Source: Synechococcales cyanobacterium VAR_4_metabat_354
GTDB taxonomy: Bacteria; Cyanobacteriota; Cyanobacteriia; Cyanobacteriales; Chamaesiphonaceae
Length of the DNA stretch: 64,000 nt
Direction: 5' to 3'
Assembly: GCA_031414775.1 (NCBI GenBank)
Contig: JANOQI010000046.1
Coordinates: forward strand, 1-64,000
This document shows positions 20,388 to 30,413 of the stretch, piece after piece. The notes below the pieces were generated by a model. The model searched no databases. It was not told where the DNA came from and was given only the letters and a program-made list of their open reading frames with translations. A program made the position numbers and the translations under genes. Position 1 is the stretch's first letter. Every line of letters begins with the position of its first letter.

Positions 20388-21752
20388 GTGACCGTGGTGA
20401 TCAATCCATTTTTCGATTTACAGGAGCCAGTTACTGACTTGGCTAACCAAAAACAAGAAAAAATTCATGAAATTCTAGAATCCTTGGGATTTGCCCTGCG
20501 CAATTTCAAGAACTTGAACCAGTATCTAGAAATTCTGCCCTCGATGATTACCCGGATTACTGATGCTGATGCTGGGCTAGTAGTTCTTTTTCGGAAAAAC
20601 GGTCAATTACCAGCTCAAGAGTTCTACTGTCGGAATAAAACTAACTGTGAACAGGTTACGCGCAGCATTGAGAAATCCCTGCGGCAGATTCTTTCAACCC
20701 TGGGTGATCGATCGAGTAATACGATTTACTGGCCAGAATTTGAAGCCGAATTACAGCAAAATTTGCTCAAGCTAGGAAATGAAGGGCGCATCAGTTTTTT
20801 TGCTGTGAAAATTGTGATGGATGATGGCGAACGCGGCTGTCTATACGTTTTCAGTGATAAACCAGATTATGTTTGGAGTAGCGATCGGCAAAAACTCTTA
20901 CAAATTGTCGCCGACCAAACGGCAGTAGCTGTAATTAATGATGAGTTAACCGTCGAACTCCGCCGCCGCGATCTTTTAAACCAAGAAGTAGAAATTGGCG
21001 CCGAGATTCAAGAACGCCTACTGCCCCGCCAGTGCCCGGATATTCCCGGCGTTGAAGTTACCGCTTGTTATCAAAATGCTAATCGGGTGAGTGGCGATTA
21101 CTATGATTTTATTCCAGCTAATTACGATCGATTGAGTAGTAGCAGTCAAAAGCTCGATCGAGATAATAAATGGAGCATTACCATCGGTGATGTGATGGGC
21201 AAAGGCGTGCCAGCTGGTCTGATCATGACTATGACCAGAGGAATGTTGCGGGCTGAAGTATTGAATGGCAACTCCCCGGCTCAGATTTTGCAGCACCTCA
21301 ACCGGGTCATGTACATTGACTTGGAAAACTCTAGCCGTTTTGTGACTTTGTTCTACTCAGAGTACGATCCCACAACCCGGATTCTTAGTTACAGTAACGC
21401 TGCTCACAATCCACCACTGTTATGGCGATCGACTAACCCCGGCCTCACGATGCTGGATACCCCCGGTATGTTGATTGGTCTCGATCCGGAAACTACCTAT
21501 GGCGAGAGCCAAGTCCAGTTAGAATCTGGTGACGTACTAATGTACTATACTGATGGACTGACTGATGCTGCCAATGAGAATGGCGAACGGTTTGATGAGG
21601 AAAATTTGCAGACAGCGTTTATTAATGCTTGCCAAAATTATCAGCACTCCCAGGCAATTATTGATCAGGTCTTTAGCAAAATTCGGACATTTGCTGGGGA
21701 TAAACAGGAACAAAGTGACGACATGACGGCGGTGGTTTTGCGGGTAGTGTAA
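20388..21752 (+). CDS. GAF + PP2C/SpoIIE (RsbU-like) Ser/Thr phosphatase
   Basis: VSGDYYDF, IGDVMGKGVPA, NAAHNPP, YTDGLTDA, DDMT. Confidence 0.92.
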   Translation: MTVVINPFFDLQEPVTDLANQKQEKIHEILESLGFALRNFKNLNQYLEILPSMITRITDADAGLVVLFRKNGQLPAQEFYCRNKTNCEQVTRSIEKSLRQILSTLGDRSSNTIYWPEFEAELQQNLLKLGNEGRISFFAVKIVMDDGERGCLYVFSDKPDYVWSSDRQKLLQIVADQTAVAVINDELTVELRRRDLLNQEVEIGAEIQERLLPRQCPDIPGVEVTACYQNANRVSGDYYDFIPANYDRLSSSSQKLDRDNKWSITIGDVMGKGVPAGLIMTMTRGMLRAEVLNGNSPAQILQHLNRVMYIDLENSSRFVTLFYSEYDPTTRILSYSNAAHNPPLLWRSTNPGLTMLDTPGMLIGLDPETTYGESQVQLESGDVLMYYTDGLTDAANENGERFDEENLQTAFINACQNYQHSQAIIDQVFSKIRTFAGDKQEQSDDMTAVVLRVV

Positions 21753-21977
21753 GGGGTGAGGCAATTTCTAATTTTAGAAAATACCCCCACTGACGACCGA
21801 TGTAATTAAAATTGTTTCGCCAATGTTATCTATAAAATAGTTTATTTTGAACTATGCCGCCTCCAATTACAAAAATTTACGTTTAGCTGTCAAAATATCT
21901 CACTTTTTCTTACTTTTAATTTAATTGATTTGGCTACAATTCAACTGGAGATGGATAAAACCCTTGGGATATTTACC

Positions 21978-22505
21978 ATGGCAAAGTACAACGTAGATGA
22001 AGTATTAGACATCATAAAAACCTTCAATCCTGAAGAGAAGAAAGACTTGCAGAATAGATTGGCAAGTGTTCTTGAGCAAACATTCCCATTGCCAAGCCAG
22101 ACGAAAGAAAGCCAGTCGCAGAGTTTTGGCGGTTTTGCCTTCGGCGGCAGTGGCAATAGTACGGCTCTCGGTATCAATCAGCAAATGGGTGGGGAATCCA
22201 ATTTCAATCAGACGAATACAAGTACAAAGGCTTCCTTGCAAAATGTTGATCTGCAAGAAGCTTTGGTGATTTTAGACAAGCTAAAGCAAGATATAGCAAG
22301 TAGTCCGGCGCTTAATTCTGTGCAGAAGGCGACGGTGGATGTGCCGCTGAAGATTATTGAAGAAGAAGCGAACAAGCCAAAACCTGATAAAAATACGATC
22401 AATCAGTCGATCGACAGTCTCAAAAAAGGTTTGGAAGAAACTGTCGGGTTAGCTGAACCATTAGTAAAATTAGCTAGTTTATTGGCTAAGGTGTGCTTGC
22501 TATGA
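21978..22505 (+). CDS. Hypothetical protein: short helical N-terminus, central Q/S/G/N-rich amyloid-like motif, helical C-terminal domain
   Basis: Open ORF from ATG 21978; stop overlaps the next ATG (ATGA 22502-22505); motif shared with the downstream STAND protein. Confidence 0.8.
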   Translation: MAKYNVDEVLDIIKTFNPEEKKDLQNRLASVLEQTFPLPSQTKESQSQSFGGFAFGGSGNSTALGINQQMGGESNFNQTNTSTKASLQNVDLQEALVILDKLKQDIASSPALNSVQKATVDVPLKIIEEEANKPKPDKNTINQSIDSLKKGLEETVGLAEPLVKLASLLAKVCLL

Positions 22506-24697
22506 ACAACCTATCCTCAGAAGAACATGAGCTAAGACAGGATCAAAAGGTTGGTAATATTTCTATTGATGGTCAAAGTAATCAGGTCACGCTGACTTTT
22601 TCTCAAACGCAAATTATTCAGATTGCCGTTGATGAAGTCAAAACTCGTCCTCTTGTTATAACTTCACCCTACAAAGGACTGAAAAAGTTTGAATCAGATG
22701 ATAAAGATCTCTTTTTTGGACGAGATCAGTTTCTGACGGGTTTAGTTAATGAACTAGAGCAAACCAACTTAATCTTGCTGTTAGGAGCATCCGGGAGTGG
22801 TAAATCTTCAGTAGTTCGAGCTGGTGTAATTCCTTGGTTAGTTGGTAAATGGGGTGCACGGTTTGTCAATCTGACATTTACGCCAGACCAAGACCCTTTT
22901 GAATCTTTGTATGCCGGTCTGCTGAGTAAATACAAGCAATCAGAAGCCCAAATTGCTCGTGAAAATAAAATAAATACTCTTACCCAAGTGGTGAAGACGC
23001 TCAAGCAGCCTGATACACAATGGCTCATCTTTATCGATCAGTTTGAGGAGTTGTTTACGACCAGTTCAGCCGAAAAGTGTAAAAACTTTATTGATGGTTT
23101 GATACAAATTACGAGGGAACTAAGTAAGGCAAACGATAGCTCGGTCAAAATTATCGGTACGATGCGAGCTGACTTTCTCGATCGATTAAGTCCTTATCCT
23201 GCTCTGGTCAAGGCAACCGATAAACATCGTCCGATGATTTCAGAAATGCAACCTGATGAATTGCGCCTGGCGATCGAACAACCTGCTGCTCATCACGGGG
23301 TGGTATTTGAAAATGGATTGGTGGAGGAAATTATCAAGGATGTGCAAGGGCAGCCTGGATATTTGCCGTTGTTGCAGTACACCCTAAATTTACTATGGCA
23401 AACAGAGCTGCAAGCGAACAGCCTCGATAACCGCACATTGAATATCAGTACCTATCGGAATTTAGGCGGTGTTCGCGGTACTCTGCAAAAGCATGTAGAG
23501 CAAGTTTATCAAGCACTATCCAAGCCAGAACAATTAGCAACTCAACAGATTTTTCTGAAACTAATCGGTATTGGTGGGGATGCTGAGTCGGAAACGGAAT
23601 GGAAGCCTGTGCGACGAAGGGCTAATCGATCAGAGTTTGATAATCAGCTAGAGCAAAAGATGATGGCTCAGTTGATCGATCAGAATTTGTTGGTTAGTAA
23701 TCGGGAAATTCAATCACAGGAGTCCACGATTGAAATTGTCCATGAAATACTTCTGACCTCTTGGACGATGTTAAGTAACTGGATTCGTGAAAATCGCCTA
23801 GCCATTTCTATTCGTAATCGACTTAATGATGATGTCAAACGTTGGCAGACTAAGAAGGCAGAAGATGAGTTGTGGAATGGATTGAAGCTAGAACAAGTTT
23901 TAAAACTCAAAAAAGATCCAATATTTAATCAAGTTTTGGGTGGTTTTAATCCGGAGGCAGATGAATTCATTGTCACCAGTGAAAAAAGACACAATCAACA
24001 ACGTCATCGAAAAGTTGCTTTAATTGTGGGCTTTTCCACCCTCGCATTATTATCAGCAACTTTATTTGTTACTCTCGGAACTCCTTTTATCGCAAAGTTA
24101 TTCAATGATTGGGGATTTGAAGAACATGAAGCAAAGCGGTTTCCTAGCGCTATACAAAAATATACTTGGTCATTTATGATGAAATCGGATAATAACGTTG
24201 CAATATTTAATCGAGGTAGGGCTTATGACGACAGTAAAGATTTTAATGCTGCGGAAATTGACTATAAAACTTCTATGGCAACAAATCCAAATCTTGTCTC
24301 TGCTTATAATAATCTAGCTCGACTGTATATTGTTAAATGGAAAGATTATCATGGAGCTATTGAATTCCTTACAAGAGGATTGAATTTTCCAAAAGAAAAA
24401 AAATTAAATGAAAAAGAGTTTCAAGAATATAAAAATGCTGAGTATGCCATGCTTAAAAACTTGGGTTGGGCACAATTTAAATTAGGAGATCAAAATGCTG
24501 AAACTAATTTGAAGAAAGCTATTGATTTAGAGCATAAGAGAGGAGCAGCACATTGTCTACTAGCAGAAGTTTTGAAAACCAAGAAGCCTGTAATTGACCC
24601 AAGAAATGAATTGCAAAATTGTATCAATTTTGGTAATCGAAAACTTCCTGAAGAAAGAGAATGGATAGACTCAGCAAAAGAACACTTAAAAATGTAA
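22502..24697 (+). CDS. nSTAND1-type NTPase with one TM helix and C-terminal TPR repeats (NLR-like)
   Basis: SPYKGL..F...D..LFFGR, Walker A GASGSGKSS, Walker B IFIDQFEELF, TMRADF, LPLLQYTL..LW, EIVHEILL..W; TM about 24014-24093; TPRs (AIFNRG.AY, AYNNLARLY, KNLGWAQ). Confidence 0.9.
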   Translation: MNNLSSEEHELRQDQKVGNISIDGQSNQVTLTFSQTQIIQIAVDEVKTRPLVITSPYKGLKKFESDDKDLFFGRDQFLTGLVNELEQTNLILLLGASGSGKSSVVRAGVIPWLVGKWGARFVNLTFTPDQDPFESLYAGLLSKYKQSEAQIARENKINTLTQVVKTLKQPDTQWLIFIDQFEELFTTSSAEKCKNFIDGLIQITRELSKANDSSVKIIGTMRADFLDRLSPYPALVKATDKHRPMISEMQPDELRLAIEQPAAHHGVVFENGLVEEIIKDVQGQPGYLPLLQYTLNLLWQTELQANSLDNRTLNISTYRNLGGVRGTLQKHVEQVYQALSKPEQLATQQIFLKLIGIGGDAESETEWKPVRRRANRSEFDNQLEQKMMAQLIDQNLLVSNREIQSQESTIEIVHEILLTSWTMLSNWIRENRLAISIRNRLNDDVKRWQTKKAEDELWNGLKLEQVLKLKKDPIFNQVLGGFNPEADEFIVTSEKRHNQQRHRKVALIVGFSTLALLSATLFVTLGTPFIAKLFNDWGFEEHEAKRFPSAIQKYTWSFMMKSDNNVAIFNRGRAYDDSKDFNAAEIDYKTSMATNPNLVSAYNNLARLYIVKWKDYHGAIEFLTRGLNFPKEKKLNEKEFQEYKNAEYAMLKNLGWAQFKLGDQNAETNLKKAIDLEHKRGAAHCLLAEVLKTKKPVIDPRNELQNCINFGNRKLPEEREWIDSAKEHLKM

Positions 24698-24731
24698 TTA
24701 ATACACCTTGAAAATTTGAGGAATATAGATT

Positions 24732-25178
24732 ATGAATTGTAAGATATTTACCCCATTTGGCTTGGGATTAGTCTTGATGTTAACTTCTATTTTGGTTGCA
24801 ATTGATGCTCATATAGCACTCTCTTGCTACGTTAATCCTTGTTGGTTTGAAGATTATGGAGGCGGAAGAAAGGGTCCTGCGTACAAAGAAATAGATTTAG
24901 CTCAAAAATTTATAGAAATAGGAAATTATAAGGAGGCCAAGGATAATCTAATCAAGGCGCTAGAAATAACAAGAAGTAGTGGTGATTTAGCAGGGCAAGC
25001 AATCGTTTATAAAGGGCTAGCAGAAGTTTCAGCTGCATCTGGAGAAAAGAAAAAAGCGACTTCATATCTTGGTAAGGCAAGTAATGTGTACAATCGCTTG
25101 GGCAATTCAACTAAGGTCATACAATTAAATCAACAGATTAAAAATATTAATAGGTTGAAAATACAGAACACTAGATAA
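24732..25178 (+). CDS. Small TPR protein with N-terminal signal peptide or TM
   Basis: Hydrophobic FGLGLVLMLTSILVAI; TPR-like GNYKEAKDNLIKALEI..GDLAGQAIVYKGLA; GAGG RBS. Confidence 0.75.
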   Translation: MNCKIFTPFGLGLVLMLTSILVAIDAHIALSCYVNPCWFEDYGGGRKGPAYKEIDLAQKFIEIGNYKEAKDNLIKALEITRSSGDLAGQAIVYKGLAEVSAASGEKKKATSYLGKASNVYNRLGNSTKVIQLNQQIKNINRLKIQNTR

Positions 25179-25315
25179 AATATTTTGTGCCAAAGGTTTA
25201 AGACAAGATCTAATAAATTACCTTGGATTTCCTTTAGTTGAAAAAATTGAGTAAAAACCAATCCGTAAAACGCTTTTAGTACAGTGGTTTATGGATTGTT
25301 CTGTTTAGGTTTATC

Positions 25316-26335
25316 CTAACTTTGCAGCTTTTTAAACGCCTGATACATCTCCGGCAACCGATTCATAATCGCTGCTGTTTTCAACCACATTTTATGCGGC
25401 ACCGCCGGATAACCCGAAACCACCGTTCCCGCCTCCACATCACTGTGAATCCCCGTCTTTGGCGAAACCATCACCCGATCTCCAATATTCACCTTATTGG
25501 CCACTCCCACCTGACCACCCATCAGCACCTGATTACCCATCGTGACACCGCCCACCAAACCCACCTGCGCCGCGATCGCACAGTTAGAACCAATCTGACA
25601 ACCATGACCAATATGCACCAAATTATCTAACTTAGTATCGCGGCCAATCCGAGTTTCCCCGACAGCTGGCCGATCGATCGCACTATTACATCCAATTTCT
25701 ACCTGATCTTCCAAAATGGTATAGCCAGACTGGGGCATCTTAAACCAGCCGGTCGCTGTGGGCACAAAGCCAAAACCCTCGGCTCCGATCACCGTACCAC
25801 TATTGATTACACAACGCTGACCAATTCGGCTCCGTTCATGAATAGTACAGTTAGCATGTAAGACCGTATCAGCACCAATTTCCACATCAGGATAGATCAC
25901 CACATTGGGATGAATCACCGCTCGATCGCCAATCTTTACTGCGCCTTGAATCACCACATGGGCACCAATATAAACATCTTGACCGACTTCCACGGCCGGA
26001 CCTACTACGGCGGTAGGATGGATGCTGGCTAGTGGTTTGAACTCTTGATAAAACAAACCAATCGACTGCGCAAATAGTAACCGTGGTTCAGGAGAAGCCA
26101 ACCAAGCTATACCCTGGGCAGTAGCCTGAGCAATGATTTCGTCGTTTTGGGGCAATACTACCGCCGTTACTAAGGTAGTAGCGAGCAACTTGGCAAATTT
26201 GGCGCTCTCAATATAACTCAGCGTCCCGGCTTGGGGCTGATCGATCGGAGATAATCCACTGATTTCGGGATCGGAGTGCGTGCTATGGCTCGATACCGCT
26301 GTCCCCAGTTTGCTGACAATCTCGCTAAACAGCAT
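25316..26335 (-). CDS. lpxD: UDP-3-O-(3-hydroxyacyl)glucosamine N-acyltransferase
   Basis: Hexapeptide repeats, GAEGFGF, IDRPAVGET, KLDNLVHIGH. Confidence 0.96.
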   Translation of the reverse strand: MLFSEIVSKLGTAVSSHSTHSDPEISGLSPIDQPQAGTLSYIESAKFAKLLATTLVTAVVLPQNDEIIAQATAQGIAWLASPEPRLLFAQSIGLFYQEFKPLASIHPTAVVGPAVEVGQDVYIGAHVVIQGAVKIGDRAVIHPNVVIYPDVEIGADTVLHANCTIHERSRIGQRCVINSGTVIGAEGFGFVPTATGWFKMPQSGYTILEDQVEIGCNSAIDRPAVGETRIGRDTKLDNLVHIGHGCQIGSNCAIAAQVGLVGGVTMGNQVLMGGQVGVANKVNIGDRVMVSPKTGIHSDVEAGTVVSGYPAVPHKMWLKTAAIMNRLPEMYQAFKKLQS

Positions 26336-26337
26336 GG

Positions 26338-27009
26338 TTATTTCCCCGCATTAATTAATCTTTGACGCAATCGATCGGGATCGCCGCGATCGACTAGCTT
26401 TCCATTTTCCAGTAAAAAAGCCCCATCGCAATAATCTAATTCTTCTAGACGATGAGTCACCCAGAGCGCGGCTAAACCTCGCGCTTTCACCAGATCTCGC
26501 ACTTGAGCCACCAAATCCAACTGAGCATCGGGGTCGAGCAGCGCTGTTGGTTCATCAAATAGCAAAACTTCACTGCGTTGGGCAATAACTCCAGCAATCG
26601 CCACTCGCTGCTTTTGGCCGCCACTCAAGGCATAAATTGGGCGGCGTATCAAATGTTCGAGATTGACTGCTGCTAACGATTCGCCCACCCGCTGGCGCAC
26701 CTCTGGATAGGAGAGCTTTTCACTGACCAAACCAAAGGCAATATCGGCACCAACGCTGGGCATCACCAGCTGATGATCCGGATTTTGCAACACAAAACCA
26801 ATCTTGCCGCGTACTTGGATCTGACCAGCGGCGGGTGCAAACAAGCCAGCAATGAGCCGCAGCAAGGTAGACTTCCCGCTGCCATTGGTACCCAAGAGCA
26901 TCCACAGTTCTCCCCGGGGCACAGTCAACGAGCAATCTTGCAGTACTGAGATCCCGGATGGCCAACTAAAGGATAGGTTTTGGATATCGATCGCAACTTC
27001 TGCCCCCAT
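26338..27009 (-). CDS. ECF/CbiO-type ABC transporter ATP-binding protein
   Basis: GTNGSGKS, QNPDHQL, LSGGQKQRVAIAG, FDEPTALLDP. Confidence 0.9.
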   Translation of the reverse strand: MGAEVAIDIQNLSFSWPSGISVLQDCSLTVPRGELWMLLGTNGSGKSTLLRLIAGLFAPAAGQIQVRGKIGFVLQNPDHQLVMPSVGADIAFGLVSEKLSYPEVRQRVGESLAAVNLEHLIRRPIYALSGGQKQRVAIAGVIAQRSEVLLFDEPTALLDPDAQLDLVAQVRDLVKARGLAALWVTHRLEELDYCDGAFLLENGKLVDRGDPDRLRQRLINAGK

Positions 27010-27013
27010 GGTT

Positions 27014-27277
27014 TTAGGCTGTAGCAAAACCGGCGGCGCGGCCAGTCGCCGGAGTGCTGGATTTGTTATAAGTTTGAACCGCTGCTATGTCACTAACAAA
27101 CACGGCAGCTTTCTTATCGGTTTGTTGTTCACAGGTCAACTCTAGGATATGTCCTGGTTGATTAGATTTGATGGCACTTAATACCTCAGCATAAAGACTA
27201 TCTGCTGCATCGGTTTCTTTGCGCTGCACGGAGATAGGCATGGCAACATTTCTTAAGACTAATTCGACAACGTACAT
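27014..27277 (-). CDS. Conserved small cyanobacterial protein (UPF0367-like)
   Basis: PISVQRKE..A..LY...LELTCE..DKK pattern recalled from cyanobacterial UPF0367; operonic with the ATPase. Confidence 0.7.
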   Translation of the reverse strand: MYVVELVLRNVAMPISVQRKETDAADSLYAEVLSAIKSNQPGHILELTCEQQTDKKAAVFVSDIAAVQTYNKSSTPATGRAAGFATA

Positions 27278-27461
27278 AGACAGCGTTGGGGGTAAATCGA
27301 TACAGAACCAGTACTTATCATAACTTATGTGGATGAGGGCGGTAATTTTTGGAGCAGTCGCTGTTTTGGTATCTCCTGATACCGGTAGGGGATGACAATG
27401 TTAGTGCAGCCATACATCAGGTAAAATCAGCTGGAGACTAAATTAATACGATTTGTTGGTT

Positions 27462-28529
27462 ATGACTAAACGCGCTTTACTCACTGGTATTACGGGTCAA
27501 GACGGCTCTTATTTGGCAGAATTGCTGTTGTCTAAGGGCTATGAAGTACATGGCATTATCCGGCGAACATCTACTTTCAATACCGATCGCATTGATCATA
27601 TCTACGAAGATCCGCATAAGGCAGACGCTAAACTCTTCTTGCACTATGGCGACCTCACTGATGGGGTGACCATTCGGCGAATTTTAGAGCAGGTTAAACC
27701 CCAAGAATTTTTCAATTTAGGTGCTCAATCTCATGTCCGGGTGAGCTTTGATGCTCCGGAATACACTGTTGACACCGTGGCCATGGGCACTCTGCGGATT
27801 TTGGAAGGAATTCGGGATTACGAGCAACGCACGGGCGAACAAATTCGCTTTTATCAAGCTGGTTCTTCAGAAATGTATGGGTTGGTACAAGAAGTACCCC
27901 AAAAAGAAAGCACGCCTTTCTATCCCCGCAGTCCCTATGCCTGTGGTAAATTGTTTGCCCATTGGCAGACGATCAATTACCGGGAGTCTTACGATATTTT
28001 TGGCTGCAACGGCATTTTGTTTAACCACGAAAGTCCTCGCCGGGGCGAAACATTTGTTACTCGCAAAATCACTCAAGCGATCGCTAAAATTGTCGCTAAA
28101 AAGCAAGACAAGATATTCCTGGGGAATTTAGATTCCAAGCGGGACTGGGGCTACGCCAAAGATTACGTCGAAGCGATGTGGCTGATGTTGCAACAAGACC
28201 AGCCCGATGACTATGTGGTAGCTACTGGCGAAACCCACTCCATTAAAGAGTTTTTGGGTGAAGCTTTTAGCTATGTAAACCTGAAGTGGGAAGACTATGT
28301 AGAATTTGACCCCCGTTACCTGCGGCCAGCTGAAGTCGAACTACTGATTGGCGACTCCAGCAAAGCTAGAGAGAAGTTAAATTGGCAGCCGTCGGTAACT
28401 TTCCAAGAGTTAGTCCATCTAATGGTGGATGCTGATTTACAAGCCTTGGGCTTACCGTCGCCCAGTGGTAAAACTACCATCCCTGACGTGGCGACGGTGC
28501 GGCAGGTGATGTCGGCGATGCACAACTAA
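27462..28529 (+). CDS. gmd: GDP-mannose 4,6-dehydratase
   Basis: [46 protein letters not shown]. Confidence 0.97.
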   Translation: MTKRALLTGITGQDGSYLAELLLSKGYEVHGIIRRTSTFNTDRIDHIYEDPHKADAKLFLHYGDLTDGVTIRRILEQVKPQEFFNLGAQSHVRVSFDAPEYTVDTVAMGTLRILEGIRDYEQRTGEQIRFYQAGSSEMYGLVQEVPQKESTPFYPRSPYACGKLFAHWQTINYRESYDIFGCNGILFNHESPRRGETFVTRKITQAIAKIVAKKQDKIFLGNLDSKRDWGYAKDYVEAMWLMLQQDQPDDYVVATGETHSIKEFLGEAFSYVNLKWEDYVEFDPRYLRPAEVELLIGDSSKAREKLNWQPSVTFQELVHLMVDADLQALGLPSPSGKTTIPDVATVRQVMSAMHN

Positions 28530-28548
28530 TTAAATTCAGCGGCGAACT

Positions 28549-28830
28549 TTATTTGGCTCTGGCGGTTTTCACCATTTGAATTAACATTTGGTGGGCATCT
28601 TCAGAGTCAGTTAGTTCTCGATCGAACTCCACTCGCAAGTTTTGAGTAGCGCCATCCACCTGAGCATTTAAGTTCATGCCGTGGGGATCGATCGAGGTCA
28701 TCTCGGCTTGGTTAGCTTGGGGTGCTTGGCCGTAAATTTGGGCGTAGACTAACACTGCTGAGGCGTGGTCGTCGTTCATGTGTTTGCAAATGCGATCACT
28801 AATCGCTGGAGTAATGGTTTCTGCCGCCAT
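28549..28830 (-). CDS. DUF2470 domain protein (HugZ / GluTR-binding-protein-like)
   Basis: ITPAISDRICKHMNDDHASAV..YA, IDPHGM, DSEDAHQMLI. Confidence 0.85.
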   Translation of the reverse strand: MAAETITPAISDRICKHMNDDHASAVLVYAQIYGQAPQANQAEMTSIDPHGMNLNAQVDGATQNLRVEFDRELTDSEDAHQMLIQMVKTARAK

Positions 28831-28894
28831 ATTTTTTACCAAGTAAAGGTTGAGAGATAACAGCAAAATCCTAGCGCATTCCTCAAATATCTGG

Positions 28895-30295
28895 TCAATT
28901 ACCGATCGGCAAAGCGGCCACGATTGCTTCAATTAGTTTGCCTACCGGAATGATTTCTAACCCGGCAACTGCCGGTAAGGAGGGACTTTTGGGGACGATC
29001 GCTCGTTTGAAGCCCAACTTCACTGCTTCTTTCAGGCGTAGTTCTAGCTGTGATACTGGCCGAACCTGACCACCCAATCCCACTTCCCCAATCATTACTG
29101 TCTGAGGAGCCACCACTAAATCGCGGAAACTGGCAACAATGGCGATCGCCATCCCCAGATCGACGGCTGGTTCATTCACGTTTAAGCCGCCCACTACTGA
29201 GAGATAGGCATCGAGTTTGGATAAGGGAATGCCGACTCGTTTTTCCAGCACTGCTAACACTTGCACTAATCGGTTATAGTCGATGCCTGTCGATGAACGG
29301 CGCGGCGAGGGATAGCTGGTGGGGCTGACCAGCGCTTGTAGTTCCACCAACAGTGGCCTAGTGCCTTCACAAGCCACTACCACGGCGGTGCCAGAAGATT
29401 GATCTTCGGGGTTGCCCAAAAACAGCTGGGAAGGATTAGTGACTTCCACTAGTCCCTGATCGACCATCTCAAACACGCCAATTTCGTGGGTGGCACCAAA
29501 CCGATTTTTGACCGATCGCAACAGCCGATGCACCGCAAACCTGTCGCCTTCAAAATACAGTACCGTATCTACCAAATGCTCTAGTACTTTTGGACCGGCG
29601 ATCGCGCCTTCCTTGGTGACATGACCCACCAAAAACATACTGACATCTTGGCGTTTGGCAATCTGCATCAAAGAAGCCGTACATTCGCGCACCTGTGCCA
29701 CTGAACCCGCCGCCGAGGTTAGGTTTGGTAAATAGACCGTCTGGATACTATCAATAATCGCTACTTGGGGCTGAAGCGAATTCAGTTCTTGAATAATCTC
29801 ATCCATGTCGGTTTCGGCCAGCACATACAACTTAGATTCCGGATTATTGACATCCACCCCCAGTCGTGCGGCTCGCAGCTTGATTTGTTTGCCCGATTCC
29901 TCGCCACAAATATATAAAACTCGCTGTTTCTGGGCTAGCTTACTCGCTGTTTGTAATAAAAGCGTAGATTTGCCAATTCCCGGATCGCCACCAATCAACA
30001 CCAAAGAACCGGGTACTAACCCACCACCTAACACTCGATCAAACTCGGCATAACCCGAACTCCAGCGTTGTTCCGGACTGTCACTAATCTGAGTAAAAGT
30101 CACCGCTGTGCGCGATTGCGGGGGACTAGTAGAGATCGATCGACTAACCGTCCGGCCACCGCTGGTTTTAACCGCCACTGGTAATTGCTCTACCAGAGAG
30201 TTAAAAGTCCCACAGGATGGACATTTGCCAAACCACTGACCAGATTCACCGCCACAGGAATTACAGGCATAGATCGATCGGGGTTGTTTAGCCAT
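28895..30295 (-). CDS. radA: DNA repair protein RadA/Sms
   Basis: C4 zinc finger, GGDPGIGKST, KNRFG motif, Lon-like C-terminus. Confidence 0.97.
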   Translation of the reverse strand: MAKQPRSIYACNSCGGESGQWFGKCPSCGTFNSLVEQLPVAVKTSGGRTVSRSISTSPPQSRTAVTFTQISDSPEQRWSSGYAEFDRVLGGGLVPGSLVLIGGDPGIGKSTLLLQTASKLAQKQRVLYICGEESGKQIKLRAARLGVDVNNPESKLYVLAETDMDEIIQELNSLQPQVAIIDSIQTVYLPNLTSAAGSVAQVRECTASLMQIAKRQDVSMFLVGHVTKEGAIAGPKVLEHLVDTVLYFEGDRFAVHRLLRSVKNRFGATHEIGVFEMVDQGLVEVTNPSQLFLGNPEDQSSGTAVVVACEGTRPLLVELQALVSPTSYPSPRRSSTGIDYNRLVQVLAVLEKRVGIPLSKLDAYLSVVGGLNVNEPAVDLGMAIAIVASFRDLVVAPQTVMIGEVGLGGQVRPVSQLELRLKEAVKLGFKRAIVPKSPSLPAVAGLEIIPVGKLIEAIVAALPIGN

Positions 30296-30413
30296 AATTG
30301 ATAGTAGCTTAGTACTGCTTCATCTTAGCAGTACTAATGCATCCCAGACTTGTCTACAATAGGATTGCGCTATCAATCAGCGTAATTTTATGTGATGAGG
30401 AGTTTAATTTTCC

